DNA of 64,000 nucleotides from the human T2T-CHM13v2.0 reference genome, Homo sapiens. Each line of letters begins with the position of its first letter. Position 1 is the first letter of the stretch. Below are positions 58,187 through 64,000 of the stretch, in pieces. Location of the stretch: NCBI RefSeq assembly GCF_009914755.1, contig NC_060927.1; one strand, 5' to 3'. A program made the position numbers and the translations under genes. Under the pieces are notes generated by a model that saw nothing but the letters and a program-made list of their open reading frames with translations, was not told where the DNA came from and ran no database searches.

Positions 58187-58465
58187 GAATAAATCACTAT
58201 GCAAATTCCAGGTGCACTGCTTTATTATCAGAAGTCACAAATGTTTTAGCAAATTGTTACTGAGTGTGCACTGTATGCCAAGCATGGACTGGATGTTTGT
58301 GTTTTTGTTACCAACTTTAATTTCCTGGGCTCTAGATTCCACCATGGCAGAGGCCTGTCTGTGTAGGCTCACCATGCTTTCTCAGGGCCTAGTACACAGT
58401 GACTCTCATTGGTGAGTAAGCATTTAAACAAGCCATCACAACAATTCCTTACAATAGTGGTTCTC

Positions 58466-58753
<288 letters not shown>

Positions 58754-58975
58754 ATAATGGTTCTTAACCAGGGGCAATTATTTCCCCAAGGGATAGTTGG
58801 TAAAATCCAGAGACTTTTTTTTAATCATCACAAATGTGGGAGAATTCTACTGGCATCTAGTGGGTAGAGACCGGGGATGTTACTCATCATCCTACAATGT
58901 GCAGGACAGCTCCCCACAACCAAGAAATTATCTGTCCAAAAATGTCAATAGTGCCAAGTATGAGAAACCTTGTTT
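58754..58975 (-). mobile_element. MER20-like remnant
   Basis: CTACTGGCATCTAGTGGGTAGAG..CATCCTACAATG..AATGTCAATAGTGCCAAG..GAGAAACC. Confidence 0.8.
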
Positions 58976-61013
58976 TGGAATAACCGTATTATCACTATAT
59001 ACATATAAGGAGACTAATGCTCAGAGGGAAAATGTAAATTCTCCTAAACTCACATTGGTGATAAATTACAAAGCATAAATTTTAACCTAGGTTTTTTGAT
59101 TTTCTGATGCGGAATTAAATATCAGTTTGCATAATTACATGTAAATTTGTGCTTGGATTGTCAGTCATAATTTAGAAAAGTATATAGGATGCTTCCTAGT
59201 TAATTACTCAGTACTGTACCACCAGCTTAATAAGGCAATGTGCTGTTCCGGTTTACTATATGGCAAACCGGTTAATGTTTTAAAATCAAAGTAGTGGACA
59301 GGATTTAAAAAAAAAAAAAAAGGTTTTCCAGTAAAAGTCTGTTTCAGTTTTGTCATTGATTGAAAAGTCAAATAGGCCCAGAAAGGGCAGTATCTATTTT
59401 CAGATATTTCACATGTTCACTCTTTTGAGGACTGGGTTTATTGGAATCAGATAATACTATTATATCAAGGTTCCAATCAGATTTCCTGAAAGGTTTATGA
59501 TGCTGGGGATAGAGTCCTAAAATTCATCTTTACCAATCATGTTAAAGGAATCATTTCTTACCTCTCCAAAAGATGTTACATTATAAAGCATTTTGGACAT
59601 ATTCATAGTTCCAGGGCAAGAAATATTGCTGAGATAAGAGTTATTCAATTAAAGAAATTGAGTGTTTAGGATACTTCACTGCAGTTATAACTACATGGGA
59701 AGGAAAGAGGTCTGCATCTCTTTCTGATAAGTGTCTTCCTCGACTCTCATCATCTGTTTTCAGTATCTCAAAGTTAAATTGGACCTTCCAGGCTCAAAAA
59801 AAGTTATACTAAGCAGTATTCTCCTCAACTGAAGTCAGAATACAATAGAGGAACTAACTATGAAAATATTTAGAAATTTAGAATGAGAAAAGTGTTGTTG
59901 TTAAAAGGTCGTCCCTTCATAATTTTAATGTACACTATCTATAGCAAACTTGCAAATCAATATTATGATTACTTTATTCTTTGGGATACTGAGCATTTCT
60001 ACTGAGGAACTCCATCCATGTGGTTCAGACACTATCTTAGAAAACTAGTCTCATTATTTTATAAACAAAAATCACTTCTTAAAAAATTACTAGATGACTG
60101 TCATTCAGTATGATTAAAGCCAGGTAACATTTTTCTTTTTCCAAAACCAAATATACCATTATAAAGGAAAGATTGTATCCAATTTGTGGAGGGTGTAAAG
60201 AAAACATGTCAGCCTATTTCATTGGTTTCTCAAGTGGAATTCCAACCTTTGAAATTAAGAAAACTTAACTTTGGAAAACACTTACCTACATAAGACAGTA
60301 TCTGTAAATGGGGAAATATTCATTGGTAGGTGCTTATTTTGTTATGTTTCAAAGGTCACAAACTAGAATATGATATTTCCTTTTCATTCAGTACTAATAA
60401 ATGTTATTTGGCTATGATTGACTTTAGTGCATTTTTGTGTAGCTAGCCACACCACTTAGAGAATATGTGGTAGCAAGGTATGTTTTCTTTTAGTCTCTTT
60501 CTGTGTCCGGAATTATACCCTAAAAATGATTTATACTTTATATTTATGGGATCATGGAAGTTATATAGTTTAGAACCATCCAGGCTGGAGATGAAATAGG
60601 AATTTACCAATATTTACATTCAGAAGTATTGAAGTTGATGCTTTTAAACTGTGTCAAAGTTCTGACACAACAACTTTGAGTCATATTTACCCTTTGAAAC
60701 TAAGCCAAACTAAAAGTATCCTGAAGATTTAAGACATTTCGTGATAAATTTGCTATTCCCAAATCTGTGCGTCTTTTGTACCCTTTATCTTGTGGGCAAA
60801 AAGTGTAAATGTATGCTGTATATTAGAGTCGCGGGGGTAGACAGAATACATATTATTGAATATGTATTCAACAATAAGAGAGAAAAAACAATGAACAAGA
60901 GGAAGAAATCCTTATAGTAGATCTTAGTGGCAGCCAAATTTGAAGCATTAAACTACTGTCTTGATATTCACAGTCTCTGGTGGAATACTAGGAGTAGATA
61001 AAGTGTCTCTTAG

Positions 61014-61323
<310 letters not shown>

Positions 61324-61572
61324 CAGACTGTTCTTTTTCTATGTGAGGTCCTACCGTAACTATTCTAAACAATACCATTTGTTATCCAAGTTTGTTATAG
61401 ACTTACTTATGGATTATTGATAAAGAGCAAATCTGTCATCTAAAAATGCTTTCCTTTAGAAATCTGGATGACCAAAACCAAGAGAAACAGAAGTGGGCCC
61501 TCTGTTCCATTCATTTGGGTAATTTACTCATTCCAAGGGTATCGATTCTATGCTAGGCTTGTATATGGTAAC

Positions 61573-61983
61573 TGCATTAGTCAAGGCTCTCCAGAGAAAC
61601 AACAAATAGTAGATCTATGAAGGGAGAAAGAAGTTGTTTTAAGGTTTTGTCTCTTAGGATTATGAGGGCTGGAAAGTTTGAATCTGTAGGGCAAGTTGTG
61701 GGCTATAGATCAAAAGAAGAGTTGATGTTACAGATCAAGTCTAAAGATAGTCTGGAGACTGAATTTCTTCCATTTCAGGGAATCTCAATCTTTTCTCTTA
61801 AGACCTTCAACTGATTGGATGAGGCCAGCCCACATTATGGAGGGTAATCTACTTTACTCAAAGTCCGAGTTAAATATTAACCATATCTAAAAAGTGCTTT
61901 CACAGCAAAATCTAGACTCGTGTTTGACAAAGGAACTGGGTACCATAGCCTAGCTGAGCTGACACATAAAATTAATCATCACA
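61573..61983 (-). mobile_element. MLT2 (MLT2D-like) solo LTR
   Basis: Same family as 18298-19858; near-TSD GTAAC/GTGAC. Confidence 0.85.
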
Positions 61984-62710
61984 GTGACATAGCAATGATT
62001 GAGACAAACATGAGAATCCAGCCAGGACAGAAATTTATCCTGTTGGAGAAGACAAATAATAGATAGACAATTGCTATAAAAATGTGATGGAGTATTGTTG
62101 AGAGAAAAAAGAGTTACTAAATATATATATATATAGTAAACCCAACCAAATAAAACAAAACTGCCTGTGTACCACTATCCCTATTCTATCTCACCATCTT
62201 TTGTCTGCAGTAGAAATGAATCAAGAGAGACATTTGATAGAAGTGATTTCAGGGACACAATCTTGCATGCCAGAAAAACATATATCTCTCAGTGAATCTG
62301 CTTAGTCAGAGGGCTCCTCATTTGCTTAGTTCCTTCTGGTTCTGAAATACTATAGCATTAAAGATTATCTGAGCTGATCTATTCAATGGGGAATCACTAC
62401 CCTACCCTGGTTTTAGTGGAGAGGAGCCCAACCAAACATGCAACATTCATTGGCCAGCTGGCCTCAGTCCTTACGAAGGCCAGATATCTCAGCCTGGACT
62501 GGTTCTTACAAAAATACTTATGACTCCTCTCATGTATATATAGTGGCATCAGTGTATTTTGGTCAGTTCTAGAATCAGCTGCAAAATGTAATTTCTAATC
62601 ATTAATAAACAAGTAGTGTGTATGAGAGCCCATTTATTGACAATGACAACTTTATTACAGAGTGAATGTGGGCTAATATACATTAACAGCGATTAACTAC
62701 TAGCATGTTT

Positions 62711-63010
<300 letters not shown>

Positions 63011-63079
63011 TAACATGTTACTCTTGGTGTATTGTACCTACAATAAAATGTCCTCGAAAACTTTCGGACAGAACTATAA

Positions 63080-63370
63080 ATACCTGATAAATACTATGAA
63101 GGAAATACACAGAGCACTATGAGCATGAATAACATGATAATCTGAGATATATTGGGAAAAGGGCAGGATCTCTAAAGTCTTCCCCCAGAGACTGAGAGTG
63201 AGGTTGAGAAGGGAAGACCAAGTAGAGGCTGACTAGACAACCGAGTAGAGGAGAAAAAGATGGAGCACTCCAGGCAGAGCCTGAACATAAGCAGTGGCCC
63301 TGAGGCCTAAAGCAGTTTGGTGCATTTTAGAAACTGAAAGAATTGAAAGAAATCCAGCCTGGTGGAGTCT
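63080..63370 (-). mobile_element. L2 remnant
   Basis: AAATACTATGAAGGAAATA..TCCAGGCAGAG..GGCCCTGAGGC..AGTTTGG. Confidence 0.55.
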
Positions 63371-64000
63371 GTACCTTTCATGATGAAATACCATTTAAGA
63401 AAACAACACTTCCTCCACAAAGGCAACCATCTACGGAACAAACTGGACTCTGCAGTTTTCAGGCATAAACCCACTTTCCCCAGGTTCTTCAAACTGTTAT
63501 TTCTGTGTGATTCTTTTCATTGTCCCTGATTTTAACTCTTAGACAGGACCCAAAGCTTTTTCTGTTCCTCTGAGTCACGAGAACAGTCTCATTTCAGTCA
63601 CGAAAACATCCAGCCTGGTGCAATAATCGGAACTTCTAAGTAAAGTCAGGTTAGCGTTTTAAAGTTAGCCTTCCCTCCCTTTCATAGCTGTGAACTGACT
63701 CAGGCTTGGACATCTCAGAGTGGCATGGTTATCTTCTCAGCATTTCTCAGTTCTAATAGTTCTACATCCAATTCAGAGATCTAGTGGCTGTTGCAGTTTT
63801 AACCAGTCTTTGATTGCTCTGGAAGCACTTATCTCCCCTGCCTTATTTCGGAAAAGAGGTAAAGCTCTCAGCATTCCAGTAAACTACTCTAAGAAAAACT
63901 TAAGCCTCAAGTCCTTAACACCACACTCCTGCATGGGTTTTGACTATGACCACTAATGCTGAGAGGCAGGTTGACAAAACTGGACTCTGGCAGGTCTCAC

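Overview
Repeat-rich (about half interspersed repeats) intergenic or intronic DNA from human or another great ape, judged from LTR7/HERV-H, L1PA3-like, AluY, THE1 and MER41 elements. No intact protein-coding gene is visible; the ORF track is almost entirely repeat-derived or spurious. An old L1M element (~6.1-16.3 kb) hosts a HERV-H provirus (LTR7up-like 5' LTR, His PBS, decayed gag/pro/pol, no 3' LTR), two AluY and a 3'-truncated LTR12. Other insertions: an L1PA with twin-priming inversion and an apparent 3' transduction (18.35-19.5 kb), a nested ERV1 LTR/THE1/Alu (31.5-34.7 kb), a MER41 with two intact GAS sites, and an L1PA3-like copy with a 14-nt micro-inversion. The most speculative signal is a non-repeat segment at 17.1-18.2 kb (minus strand) whose frameshifted translation gives peptides ordered like the Mab-21/cGAS-like nucleotidyltransferase fold, possibly a decayed gene. 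Repeat subfamily names come from recalled consensus sequences, not a database run.
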